The translations under genes were made by a program, and so were the position numbers. Below are positions 13,674 to 25,439 of a stretch of 64,000 nucleotides of DNA, one piece after another. Within the stretch, counting starts at the first letter, position 1. Each line of letters opens with the position of its first letter. This stretch comes from Camelus ferus. Its lineage: Eukaryota. The stretch lies in NCBI RefSeq assembly GCF_009834535.1, contig NC_045696.1:103108001-103172000 (forward strand), read 5' to 3'. Under the pieces are notes generated by a model that saw nothing but the letters and a program-made list of their open reading frames with translations, did not search any database and was not told the origin of the DNA.

Positions 13674-14503
13674 GTAAGTAAGATTTGATTTATGTAATTT
13701 TTTAAATTTATGTGAACTTTACTATTTGATAGCTTTTATTCATATATTTTTAACTGATATAATTATTGTAAAATATTTACTCTGTAATAAAAATGTAAGT
13801 CCTCTAATCACACCATTTGAAGTTCAGCCACTATTGACAGTTTATTGTACATCCCTTGAGATGCATATATTTTAGATGCATATATTATTTTTCCCCTTTT
13901 GCCTTCTTTTTTTTTTTTTTTTTAATACCTTGGAAGTTCTATATCCTAATTCTTTTCTACCAATTATTATATTCTTTAGCAAGTATATTTCTCTTTCTGA
14001 CAGGAATGAATAACGTTTATAACCTTACCTTTTTCCATGCTTCTCCCAGTTTTCATTTAAATAATACATTAATTTTTAAAAACATATCTTCTATTTTAAA
14101 AATAATTTCTTAACATTTTTGCAAGTTAATAATTATTTTATTAATTTTATTAATGATTATTTAGACAAGCTATTTGTCATCTTTTACCTTTATTTCATGT
14201 AAGCTTGGTCTCATATCTTGTTCATTTGTTATTTTTCATGTCTAGAATTTTCTCAAGCGATTTTTTTTTCAAAGAAAATGTGGTGATGTTGTGGATTTTT
14301 TGTTTTTCTCATACGTAGGTTTAGAATTTTAGAGGCCTAATCCTCTTTTCTCTGATCTCTACAAACATATCTCAGTTGTGTTTTATCATATAATTTTGTT
14401 AACAAGAAGTCAATGCCAGTATGAATTTTTTTCCTTTGTAGGTGCTTTTCTGTATGAAATCTTGAGCATTCTTTTTTAATCATCAGAACTCAGTTCCCCT
14501 GCC

Positions 14504-14696
14504 TTTTTTTTTTTTTTTTTTTTAGCCATTGTTTTCTTTCCACAATTTAATTGGCCATTTTATTTATTTATTTTTTGTCAAGGGGAGGTAATTAGGTTTA
14601 CTTATTTAGTTTTTAATGGAGGTACTGGGGATTGAACCCAGGACCTCGTGCATGTTAGACAGGCAAGCAGTCTATCACTGAGCTATACCCTCCCCA
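14504..14696 (-). mobile_element. tRNA-derived SINE (camelid vic-1-like) with extended 3' tail
   Basis: Minus strand reads ggggagggtatagctcagtg...gaggtcctgggttcaatccccagtacctcc (Pol III A/B boxes); TSD cagttcccctgccttttt at 14491 and 14697. Confidence 0.9.
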
Positions 14697-14714
14697 CAGT
14701 TCCCCTGCCTTTTT

Positions 14715-15727
14715 GATAAAGTCCTGTTCATCAGTTTTTTTCTTACAGATCATGCTTTTGGTTTAAGAACTCTTCATCTAGCCCTAGGTCTGGAAGATTT
14801 TCTCCTGTATTTCTTCAAAAAGTTTTATAGTTTTATCTCTTCCTTTTACATTTAAATCCATGATCCATTTTGAATTAATTTTCTTTTTTATTTTTTGTTT
14901 GGGGGTTTTTGGTTGGGGGGGGAATTAGGTTGATTGGTTGGTTGGTTTATTTTAATGGAGGTACTGGGAATTGAACCTAGGACCTCATGCATGCTAAGCA
15001 CACACTCTACTACTGAGCTATACCCTCCTGCCCCCAAAATTAATTTTTAAAAAAGATATGAGGTTTGGGTCAAGATTTATATTTTTGCCTATGCGTATTC
15101 AGTTGCTCTAGCATTATTTGTTGAAAAAACTATCCTTCCTCCTAAACTAGATTGGTTTTACACCTTTATCAAAAGTAAGTTGAATGTGTTTCTGTGGATC
15201 TATTTCTGGATTCTGCATTTTGTTGCATTTGTCTGTATGTATATTTTTATGACACCATACCTTATCTTGTTACTGTAGCTATGTAGTAAATCTTAACCTT
15301 AGGGAGAATGATTCCTTCCACCTTTTTTTTTTCATAATTGTTTTAGCTATATTTGATCCTTTGCCTTTCCATGTATAATAAATTTTTATACCTAAAAATC
15401 TTGGAGAGATTTTGATAGAAGTTGTAATAAACCTATCGACTAATTTGTACAGAGTTGCTATCTTTACTATGTTGAATTTTCTGATCCAAGTGGATCTCCG
15501 TTTATCTCTCCATTTATTTTAATCTTTGATTTCTTTTATCACTGTTTTGTTTTTTTCAGCATACTGAGCCTGTGCATGTTTTGTTAGACTTATATCTATG
15601 TATTTACAATTTTTTGGAGCAACTATAGATTTTATTATGTTTTAAATTTCAGTTTCCCCAACTATTTTATAGAAATACAGTTGATTTCTGTGTGTTGATT
15701 TTATTTCCTAGGATCTGGCTGAGCTTA
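14715..15727 (-). mobile_element. L1 ORF2 internal fragment (antisense), interrupted by a SINE
   Basis: Typical antisense L1 motifs: aagattttctcctgtatttcttc...aagttttatagtttt; tacagttgatttctgtgtgttgatttt. Confidence 0.8.
14884..15035 (-). mobile_element. tRNA-derived SINE (vic-1-like) nested in L1
   Basis: ggaggtactgggaattgaacctaggacctcatgcatgctaagc...tgagctataccc; flanking aattaattttt-like direct repeats. Confidence 0.9.
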
Positions 15728-16213
15728 CCTCCCTGCCTTTTTTTTTAAGAGCCCAGGCCAGTTATTTTGTAGAATTCTGATTTACCTGGTTGTTTTCTCT
15801 TAGTGTCATTTAAGTTGGTCCTGCATCCCACATATTTCCTGTAAACTAGAAGTTTGATGTAGTGGCTTGATTAGAATCAAGTTAAACTTTTTTAGCAAAA
15901 ATACTTTATTGAATTTGAGAGTATTTTTTCATTCTTTAAAAATTTATATTTTTCTTATGTATTTAGTTTAAATTCTTAAAGAGAAAGAATAGTAATTTAC
16001 TTCTTAATTTTGATTAAAATTTTTTACAAGTTTTTGTTCTGAAATTCATATTACAGTTTAAAAAGGGGAGGCTTTTTTTTCTTTTTTTTTTTTTTTTTTT
16101 TTTTTGCTATTATACCATGTAGAAATCTTCACTTTGAAGACACACTATTGGAACTCTGTATTAAACCACTAATTTGGAGGCAATATAATTTTTATTTTAT
16201 TTTAATTTTTAAG

Positions 16214-16345
16214 GTTTTACTTGGAAGAACCTCCAGGAACACAGAAGCTTTATTTGGGAAGAACTGCGCCACCATCTAAAGTGGTCCATCTTGGAGACAA
16301 AGAACAGTCTAACTGGACAAAAGAAATACAAGGAATTTCAGAATA
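16214..16345 (+). CDS. XRN1: XRN1 coding exon (~20)
   Basis: ttaag|G...GAATA|gtgagt; FYLEEPPGTQKLYLGRTAPPSKVVHLGDKEQSNWTKEIQGISE(Y). Confidence 0.96.
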
Positions 16346-17365
16346 GTGAGTGTCATAAAAAGTGTTTAATATTGAACTAGAATGTGGTGGTCTAATGTAC
16401 TCATCCTTGAACTTATTTTTCACTTAACATTGTGATCACTCTGACTACTGACTGCATCTTTATTTTATGTTCTAAAAAAGTAATGTTCTAGCTTAAAATA
16501 AAATCTGGTTAGCAGCAGTTATAACTGTCACTATAGTTTGTCGCTAAAATACGTGATGATGTATAGAAAAAGAGAGAAAGAATGAAAGAAAAGACGTGAT
16601 CTCTTACACTGGGAGTAAACAGTTACCTGAATTTGAGTTATTTTTACTAATCTTAAGGGCGTTAAATTTCTTGGCTACGTGTAAGTAATAGAAAAGGAAG
16701 GAATACTCTCCCTTGTTCTTCACCCTCTCCCCTCCCTACTCCCCTACCCACCCTACACCCTACACGTAGGCCCCTGAATTCAGTAACCAATAATTAAGAA
16801 GCCCTACATCCTGGGAATGCTGATTTTTAGGATGCTTTGTGTCCCATGATCTCATCCTAACAATACCTCTTACTTTTCATCCAAACACTTTCCTTAAGTC
16901 AAAATAAAATAATAGAAATTGGCAGTAGCACATGAAATGGTGTTATAAATGTATGTCCATCAGCCGTCCTGTTTAAACTGTAATAGCAAACATTGATAAA
17001 TGGAGAATTCAAGAATATACCTCTTCTGTAATTTTGGAGCTAACACCAGGCCATAATATCCTTATTCAAATATGTGTAAATAGAAAAAATGCAAAAAGAC
17101 CATGAAAAGCCATCTAGCATGAAAGAAGGAGATAAATATAGCTGTCAGGGGTAGAGGTTGGGCATATTTTTGCTTCCCAATAGTTTAAGTTAGACACCTC
17201 ATCATAGCTCACATTCTGAATTTTCTTTTATAGCACATAAATAGAATCATCGTAATACATTCATGTCTATGATTAGTTTAATGACTCTTTTTGTAGATAG
17301 TATACTCCATGAGGGTGGGGAACATACCTGCTTTTGTCACCATAATTGTAATTTTGCCATATAAA

Positions 17366-17371
<6 letters not shown>

Positions 17372-17426
<55 letters not shown>
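17372..17426. repeat. (TA)n microsatellite
   Basis: About 26 TA units, directly visible. Confidence 0.95.
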
Positions 17427-17431
<5 letters not shown>

Positions 17432-17756
17432 ATGTTACTTAACTATATAGGTAACTATATATAATATATATTATGTAATACATATATTTATGCATAAGCA
17501 TATATACAAAAATTAAAATTATGATTTTTATAATGAGCTCACTCTAGGGTCTGAATAGGAATATGGGCATACTGAAAATTGAATCAGTGAGCTAAAAGAT
17601 CAAACTGAGGGATTCCTTCAGCACATAGTGCAAAAAGCACAAATTATTGAAAATAATATGGTCAGAATTTCTAGTATCTGATAGGAGTTCTAGAAAGAGA
17701 AAATGGAAGGAGATAAGAAAACATCCCTCAGATGAAGAATGATTGTATGTTTAGAT

Positions 17757-17963
17757 CAGGAGTCAATAAATGTTTTATATAAAAGGCCAGATGGAAAATA
17801 CTTTAGGCTTTGTAGACTTCACAATTTTTGTCACAACTACTCAACTCTGTTGAATCACAAAAGCAGCCATAGACATTAAATAAATGAATGACTATGTTCC
17901 AACAAGTTTTTTTATAAGAACAGGAGCCTGGATGTAGTCCATGGCCATAGTTGTCAACCCCTG
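17757..17963. mobile_element. MER58A-like hAT-Charlie element
   Basis: cagg...cccctg termini; internal gtcacaactactcaactctg...aaagcagccatagaca; degenerate 8-bp TSD gtttagat/ctttagac. Confidence 0.85.
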
Positions 17964-17989
17964 CTTTAGACTGAAAAGGCCCACTGAAT

Positions 17990-18522
17990 GCCCCTCCCTG
18001 TCAATCTATCTTCTGTCTCTCTGGATTTAGCTATTCTGGATGTTTCATATAAATCAAATCACATAATATGTGACCTTTTGTGTCTGGCTTCTTTCACTTA
18101 GCATGTTTTTGAGGTTTGTACGCATAGTGTATATCAGTATTTATTTCTTTTTATGGCCGAATATTCAATTGTATGGATATACATACCACCTTTTGTTTAT
18201 GCATTCATCTGTTGGTGGATATTTGGGTTGTTTCCGCCTTTTTCTATTATGAATAGTGCTGCTATGAGCATTTGTCTATAAACATTTGTTTGAGTGCCTA
18301 TATGCAGGTCTTTGGTTATATACCTAGAAGTGAAATTCCTGGGTTGTTTGGCAATTGTGTGTTTTAACTTTTTGAAAAACTGCCAAACTGTTTCCCCATA
18401 GTGGCAGCACTGATTTAAATTCCCATCAGCAATGTACAGGTGTTCCAGCTTCTCCACATCTTTCCCAACACTTATCGTTTGTGCTTTTTTTTGTTACAGC
18501 CAGCCTAATGGGTATGAAATAC
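17990..18522 (-). mobile_element. L1MB-like ORF2 end/3'UTR fragment
   Basis: gtgaccttttgtgtctggcttctttcacttagcatg...; minus-strand ORF 18197-18457 resembles the L1 ORF2 C-terminus. Confidence 0.85.
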
Positions 18523-18745
18523 AGGAGTTTCTGTGAATTCTTATTTAATCTTACAGACATTGGGAAAGGTAGCCACAGAGGAAAGCAACTAGTGCAAAAA
18601 GTCTTAAGTTAGGTACTATTCAGAACTGCTAGCATATTTATTTAAAGTTATTTAAATATTTAGTTATAAAGTTGGTAGTTTGATGTTTATCATCATAGAG
18701 GTATACACACTCATGCACATCTATGTATTTTTTTAATTCTTTTAG

Positions 18746-18908
18746 CTACCTGAGAAGAAAGGGAATAATAATAAATGAAACGTCTGCAGTCATATACGGT
18801 CAGTTACTTACAGGTCGTAAATATCAAATAAATCAAAATGGTGAAGTTCGTCTACAGAAACAGTGGTCAAAACAAGTTCTTCCATTTGTTTATCAAACTG
18901 TTGTAAAA
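18746..18908 (+). CDS. XRN1: XRN1 coding exon (~21)
   Basis: tttag|C...AAA|gtaagt; YLRRKGIIINETSAVIYGQLLTGRKYQINQNGEVRLQKQWSKQVLPFVYQTVVK. Confidence 0.96.
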
Positions 18909-19248
18909 GTAAGTCTCCATCAGGTCTCAATTCTATCTTAACGTAACTGTTGCACACTGTATAAATAAAAGTATATCATATTAAATATTTATTTATGAAT
19001 AAAAGACTAATGCAGCAGTATATAATAGAGATTATTATTTAATGTAGTTTGCAAAATGCTTCAGTCTTTAAAAGGAGTATTACATGCTTAGACACCATTG
19101 TTAAGAAAGTTTATTTTATTCTCAAAAAAAGTTTGGTTTAAATAAATTAGTAAATACAAAAAGCATTTGCTTTTGTGTTTGCAATCTTAGATGTGGTAAG
19201 GGGACAACATTTTTTTAAAACATGTGGTGATCCTATACTTTTGGGAAA

Positions 19249-19460
19249 ACAGTATAGCATAGCGATTAAGAGCACAGACTGAGTTGATTTCTTAGCTATG
19301 TGACCTTGGGCAAGATTCACCTTCTTTCTGTGCTTTAGTTTCCTTATCTATAAAATGGGGCTAGTGATAGTCTCTGCCACAGAGGGTTGTCTTGAAGTGA
19401 AGTACCTAGAAGAGTGTCTGGCGTGTGAGCAGATAGTAAATTTTGACTACTAGTATTGTT
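19249..19460 (+). mobile_element. MIR SINE
   Basis: acagtatagcatagcgattaagagcacagac...tgtgaccttgggcaag...tctataaaatgggg. Confidence 0.8.
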
Positions 19461-19587
19461 ATGTAGGAAATCTTTACATTTGGTGTTGGTAGACAGCATC
19501 GTCATAATTGTGTAGGAAAAATACTTGATATGCAATCTATGAAAATTTTAACTGTGATGATTCACTTTTATATTTCATTCTGCATAG

Positions 19588-19701
19588 GACATCCGAGCCT
19601 TTGATTCTCGCTTCTCTAATATTAAAACATTGGATGACTTATTTCCTCCTAGAAGTATGGTCTTTATGCTGGGAACACCCTATTATGGATGCACTGGAGA
19701 A
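19588..19701 (+). CDS. XRN1: XRN1 coding exon (~22)
   Basis: catag|GAC...GAA|gttagt; DIRAFDSRFSNIKTLDDLFPPRSMVFMLGTPYYGCTGE. Confidence 0.96.
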
Positions 19702-19799
19702 GTTAGTTTCTCTTATTATTACTAATTAAATTTCTGGTGTCAATTTAACTTCTCTTCATTCAGGTGTAAAAATTTAATACTGAAGGGAAAAAAATAGGA

Positions 19800-21155
19800 A
19801 AGAATTCATTCATCTAATTTGTAAACACATAGCTACATATATTTAGTCTTGAAAACGTTGGGATCAGGAGGTGGTGGGAAAAAATTCAAATTCTGATCTC
19901 TTTTTTAGTAGAACCAGGCTTCTCAGAGAAATGACTGATTACAGGGCTGGTGCAGGACGTGTACAAGATAAGCCTAAAACGTTATACAGGGGAGCAAGGA
20001 GGTGCTCAAAAGAATGATCGGAGCACATCACATAAAAACAGGAACCAGGTTGAAGAGACTTCTACCAGCCAAATCGGGGACTGTTTTGAGTACCAAAATA
20101 ACCAAGTTCTTAGTGTGTTAAAAACCATTGCGGGTGGGGAATAGGAATGCATAATTCCAAAGTGATAATAAAAGGTGAATAAATGGGGAAGGGAATGGCT
20201 TTTGCTTATAGTATCATGTCTAGGGCAAATGTGGAGGAAGTGGAGGATTTGGAATACCATCATTTTACAATAGTTATGATATAGATTGCATCAGACAACA
20301 GTCATCATTGGAAGCTAAATCAAAGGGGGATTTTTGATCAGGAGCAAGATATTTTCATGGTCGTAGAAAGTGTCTCCCTGCAGGCTATTTAGTTGCAAGG
20401 GAAGCAAAAACTGTAACTATACAGTAAAGAAACTGAGCAACATATGATTGTATGATCAAAATTAGTATCACAGTGAAGGACAAATAAACATCACGTACCT
20501 CCAAATGGGATACCCTACAAAGGACTCATCCCCTCTGCACTATTCTGGCTGAGAATATATAACCTTAACCTCATCACAGGGAAGCATCAGAAAAATCCAA
20601 AATGAAGAATTTTTTTTTAAGGCAAGGTAGAGAGGGAGGAATGAACTGTATTCTTCAAAATGTCAGTGTATGAAAGACAAAGGAAGTTTCTGGATATATT
20701 CTAGATTAAAGGAGGCTAAAGAGATATGACATCTAAATGCAGTATCTGATCCTAACCTGATCCTGTAGTAGAGAGAGTAAAGAGTTTTCTATAAATATAG
20801 GACATTTTTAGGTCAACTGACAAAATTGGTATATGGACAGTAGATTAGAAAAAATATTGTGTCATAAATTTATGTACTTAATAACTGTACCATGGTTATA
20901 TAATAAAATATCCTTCTTCTTAGGAAATATGCACCAAAATAGTTAGGGGTAAGGGACCTGATATATGCAATATACCCTCAAGAAGTTCAGAAAAGTAATT
21001 ATATGTAAGTAAATACACACATGAAGCACAAATGTTAAGTAAATGGAGTAAAATGTTAACAACAGGTGAATCTGAGTGAATGTTTTTAGTGTTCTTTGAC
21101 CTGTTTTTATTTTTGCAACTTTTTAATAGTTTGAAATTATTTGCAAATGAAAGTT
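19800..21155 (+). mobile_element. L1MC-like 3' UTR fragment
   Basis: gaaatgactgattacagggctggtgcagga...; ttctagattaaaggaggctaaagagatatgaca; ends gtttgaaattatttgcaaatgaaagtt. Confidence 0.7.
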
Positions 21156-21383
21156 AGTATGAAGTGAAAGACTGGTTAACAACTATTAAAGCAAGGGACA
21201 ATGACTTAAATTTACAATATAACCAAATCCAGTTACAAATTCCAAGAGAATTTCCACTGTCACCTTTATTGTCTTAACTGTCTTTCAGAAATAACAAACA
21301 CTATTCAAATAAGTAGAAAAATAAGTAAATAAAACATAGTGAAAGAGGCTAAAAACATACTGTGATTTTTCTCCCCCTCCAAG

Positions 21384-21482
21384 GTTCAGGATTCAGGGGA
21401 TGTGATTACGGAAGGCAGGATTCGTGTGGTTTTCAGCATTCCATGTGAACCCAATCTTGATGCTTTAATACAGAACCAGCAT
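21384..21482 (+). CDS. XRN1: XRN1 coding exon (~23)
   Basis: ccaag|GTT...CAT|gtgagt; VQDSGDVITEGRIRVVFSIPCEPNLDALIQNQH. Confidence 0.96.
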
Positions 21483-22189
21483 GTGAGTACTATAGTCTAT
21501 ATTATTTAATTCAGAATTAATTAACTTTTAAAATGTTAGAAGTATATTTTTGGTACCTCCTTTGAATTATGCAAGTATTTTATTTAATACTGATTAAATT
21601 CTCTAACAGTTGCATCTTGTATCATTCAAAAATAAGTGTTAAATCTGTGCTGAAAACTTCATGCAGATCTTTGGAGGAAAAACCACTGCAATCCTGCTAT
21701 TAATCTAAAATGGTTATTATGGGTTATTTTGTTCAAGCTTATAAGTGGCACATTGATTAGCATACCCTCTCGGAATAGAGTTAGGTTTTTTAAGTCTTTC
21801 ATAATTAATCAAAGCCTGCCTTTTAATTTACAAGTGACAAACGGCTTCTCACAAAAGGTTCTATGTCTATATTCAGCTAAAGATGAACAGTCCCTAGAGA
21901 AAATTGGGAAACTGCCTAAACTGCATTAAGCCATTGAGTATACCTCTGCAGGATGACATGGCATCCTTTTGAGGGACCTTTTTCTCCAAAGATGTTCATT
22001 GACCTCCTTTTATTTTCCCATTTTAAAATAAAAGGATGATTCTGAAATCTCTTATTTGTTCTTATTGATTGATTGGATAATTAACTTGACTGAAATTAAT
22101 TCACAGTCAGCCAGCTGTTGTTACTTACACTTTTACTTTCTCTAGTAATGTAAAGATTTGTATCCCATGAAATTAATTTAAGGCATTAG

Positions 22190-22398
22190 ATACTGATAGG
22201 TATATGTAGAATAGATAAACAAGATTATATTGTACAGTACAGGGAAATATATACAAGATCTTGTAGTAGCTCACAGCAAAAAAAATGTGAGAATATATGT
22301 ATGTTCATGTATAACAGAAAAATTGTGCTCTACACTGGAAATTGACACAACATTGTAAACTGACTATAACTCAATTTAAAAAAAAATATTAAAAAAAA
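22190..22398 (+). mobile_element. Young 5'-truncated L1 3' end with poly(A) tail and TSD
   Basis: Ends gaaattgacacaacattgtaaactgactataactcaattt followed by an A-tail; TSD ttaaggcattag at 22178-22189 and 22399-22410. Confidence 0.85.
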
Positions 22399-22789
22399 TT
22401 AAGGCATTAGGCACCAGCATACCTGTGAGGAAACTTTGTGGAAAACAGAATAGTCCCTAAAATCTTGCCATTGGGTCTTTTTTGGAGAAACAATTCAGAA
22501 AGCATGGTCAGGAAACCAGGAGACTGGCCCTTTAGAGAAAGGAGCTGGAGGTCTGTTCTGGGGGTCAGTAGAAGTAGAAGAACTTGTGTTGCTTCATCCT
22601 TGGCTTTTTCTACATCTGAAAGAGCCTGTCCAATTCCAGGTGTAGAGTGTTGCTAGGCATGCCTTCTCTACTATACTTTCTCTTTACGTACTTTCTTTAA
22701 CTTTTACTCAAGCCTTCTTCTTTCTCTAACTTATATATTTTCTAGGATATTTGTGATAATTTTAATTACTTTTTAGTTATACCATAACC

Positions 22790-23000
22790 CAGTATTTCTC
22801 AAAAAGTGTACTCATGGTATTTTGAGCAGGACAATTATGTGTTAAATAGGACTGTTCTGTATGTGGCAGGACAGTTGGCATCCTTGGTCCCTGGATACAA
22901 AGTGCTTGACACCTGTGCAATTATTGTAACTGAATGTGCCCCTACACATTTTCAAATGCTTATTAGAAGAGTGGTACTGCTGTGATAGAAAACTACCTTG
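22790..23000. mobile_element. MER20-like hAT relic
   Basis: Starts cagtatttctcaa; internal ggacaattatgtgtt...cccctacacattttcaaatgc. Confidence 0.5.
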
Positions 23001-24093
23001 ATTTTTCCTTTCTCTTCTGGAAAGCGTACTTGATTTGTTTGTATTATTTCTAATAATACATTGTGTGATATTTTTTATGGAAAACCCTGTTGCATTTTTT
23101 GCTAGTGTATTAATGTGTTTTAATAGTGTCTGTATGTTCCATGCCACTAAAAAAGTGTATCCATTTAGGGACCATTATAGACAATGGTCATTAAAAAAAA
23201 TAATAGTAACGGTGGAAAATAATGTATTACCAGTCCATGGAAATTTTGCTTTTGTTGATGATAAAATATCCTTATAGTCCTATAAAATAAGAGTATAAAG
23301 TATTTGTATGAAATTTTAAAAAGTGAACAAAATCCATATAAAACAAGTATGTGTTATTATTACATACATGATGGTAGGCGTATATGGCAGCTTACCCTTG
23401 TTGGTACTGGATTGGTGAGTAATTTGCTTCCTGGTTTAAAATTATATGAACTAGTACTTTTTTTTAATTTGACAATCTTCATAGTTTCTTCCTGTAGGTA
23501 CACAAAATTAAGGTTACGTTGACTGAATTATATTAATAATATTCTAATTACAAGCCTATACATATTTGTTATTTTCCTACGGTAGTAAATAATTAGGGGA
23601 AGCAAATATAACTTATATCTATATATGAAGGACACCCTTAATTTTGCTCAGTAGCAACTGTTTTGATGAGCTCATGTTTTAATTCAGCGTAATAATTTTC
23701 AAGACCTCATTTTGTCCCAGTTACTTTACCAGGCCCTTCTTAGAATATAAAAATTCATTTTTTTAAAGTAGTTCTTGCCTCCAGAGTTTGCCATTTAGTA
23801 CTTACAATAGAGTTTATTTCTTGAGACAGTTTCACAAACTGTATATTTCCTCCCTCTTTCATTCATCCTTGGAAATTCTGTCCTTTAAGGAGAAAGAGGA
23901 GCAGAGAAATTCTGCCTGTAAATCCTTTCTAAAAATGAGGGGTGAGGAGGAGATCACTACTTTTGAGAATCCTTACATTGCCACAATCCAAAATGTTAGT
24001 GATGTCTTAATTATCTCCAGATTTTAAAGGTAAAGAAATAACATTTAATGCTTTGTGTTTCCATAATTGACCTTTTTGTTTTTATATTTAAAG

Positions 24094-24209
24094 AAATATT
24101 CTATAAAGTACAACCCAGGATATGTGTTGGCCAGTCGCCTTGGAGTGAGTGGATACCTTGTTTCAAGGTTTACAGGAAGTATTTTTATTGGAAGAGGATC
24201 TAGGAGAAA
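24094..24209 (+). CDS. XRN1: XRN1 coding exon (~24)
   Basis: taaag|AAA...AA|gtaagt; KYSIKYNPGYVLASRLGVSGYLVSRFTGSIFIGRGSRR(N). Confidence 0.96.
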
Positions 24210-24686
24210 GTAAGTTTATGTTAGAGAAATTTACTTAAAGTGGCAGAAAAAATTAAATGATAAAGATAAAATGGTTAATATTTCAGGATTTATTTTTTCT
24301 TATTAATTGCTCTGAATTTTCTTTAAAAATTATGCATAAATTCCTCTGATGGTGATCTTTCATCTAAATGGCACATGCTTTAGGTGGTTGGAAAGACAGT
24401 TCTTATTTTTAGCAGCTAACAAATTGAACCTTGAAAAAAGGTATCAGAAGGTGTGTGTGAATCTCAGTAATATATTTCCCTGCATTTTCTTGTTTCATTC
24501 TCCTCTCTAATTACATAATCTATTTATATGCCTTGTTAACTTGGGTTTTGAAGCCTTTCCTCTAGTTTTTCCATTACTGCTACTTTGGAAATAACCATGA
24601 TAGCTAAAACATAGAAAGACAATCTAAACTTTTCTAAGAATCAAAAGCAAAACTTTTTATTCTTTTTAACAAAATTTTAAAACTTT

Positions 24687-24706
24687 TGTGTGTGTGTGTG
24701 TGTGTG
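24687..24706. repeat. (TG)10 microsatellite next to a splice acceptor
   Basis: Directly visible; ends 12 nt before the exon starting at 24719. Confidence 0.95.
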
Positions 24707-24718
24707 GTTTAAATTCAG

Positions 24719-24865
24719 CCCTCATGGAGACCATAAAGCAAATGTGGGTTTGAATCTCAAATTCAACAAAAAAAATGAGGAGGTACCTGGATATACTAAA
24801 AAAGTTGGAAGTGAATGGATGTATTCATCTGCAGCAGAACAACTTCTTGCAGAGTATTTAGAGAG
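24719..24865 (+). CDS. XRN1: XRN1 coding exon (~25)
   Basis: ttcag|C...AG|gtaagt; PHGDHKANVGLNLKFNKKNEEVPGYTKKVGSEWMYSSAAEQLLAEYLE(R). Confidence 0.96.
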
Positions 24866-25439
24866 GTAAGTGCCTAGCAAGATCTTACTGGGCATCCAAA
24901 AACGTAGGAATATAACTGTTTTGACTTTCTGATGAAGCAAATGTTTCCTTTAGCAAAATGTGATATGTGTTACATATAAACTTAATTTTGTATCATAGAG
25001 CATCATAGCCATTACCTAAAATAGGATAGAAAAATACTTTACTTACATTATTTAAAATGAATAAAGGATAATGAGAATTGGCTTCCATTTTATTAAAAAT
25101 TTCCTTACTTTGCTATCATAAAGTATTCACTACTCTGTTTGTCAGTAGTAAGAGGATTAGTATGGATAAACAAAACAGCTCTTGGCATAGTGAGCTTTCT
25201 TAAAACTCCAGCTGGCCAATAGATTACTATCCTAGAATTACTGAATTTTATTGCTAGAATAGTTTAAGAAATCAACAAGTCTCAACTCCTCAGTATAACA
25301 ATAAGAAATATGAGTACCAAGATTAACTGAGCCACTTAGTGACAGAGATTTACAGGAAGTATCGTTACTTCTGATTCACAATTTAGTGTTCTTTCCATTG
25401 TTCGACTGGTTTCTAACCTTCTCATATTTGAGGATCCCT

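Noticed and set aside
16341..16346. Apparent in-frame stop GAA TAG at the end of ~exon 20
   Set aside because: The donor is TA|gtgagt; splicing to the C at 18746 gives TAC (Tyr), so the frame is intact
16547..16634. C/D-box snoRNA-like arrangement (GTGATGA...CTGA with a short AAAT/ATTT stem)
   Set aside because: Low-complexity purine-rich interior, only a 4-bp AT stem and no recognisable rRNA/snRNA antisense element; likely chance (snoscan or Infernal would settle it)
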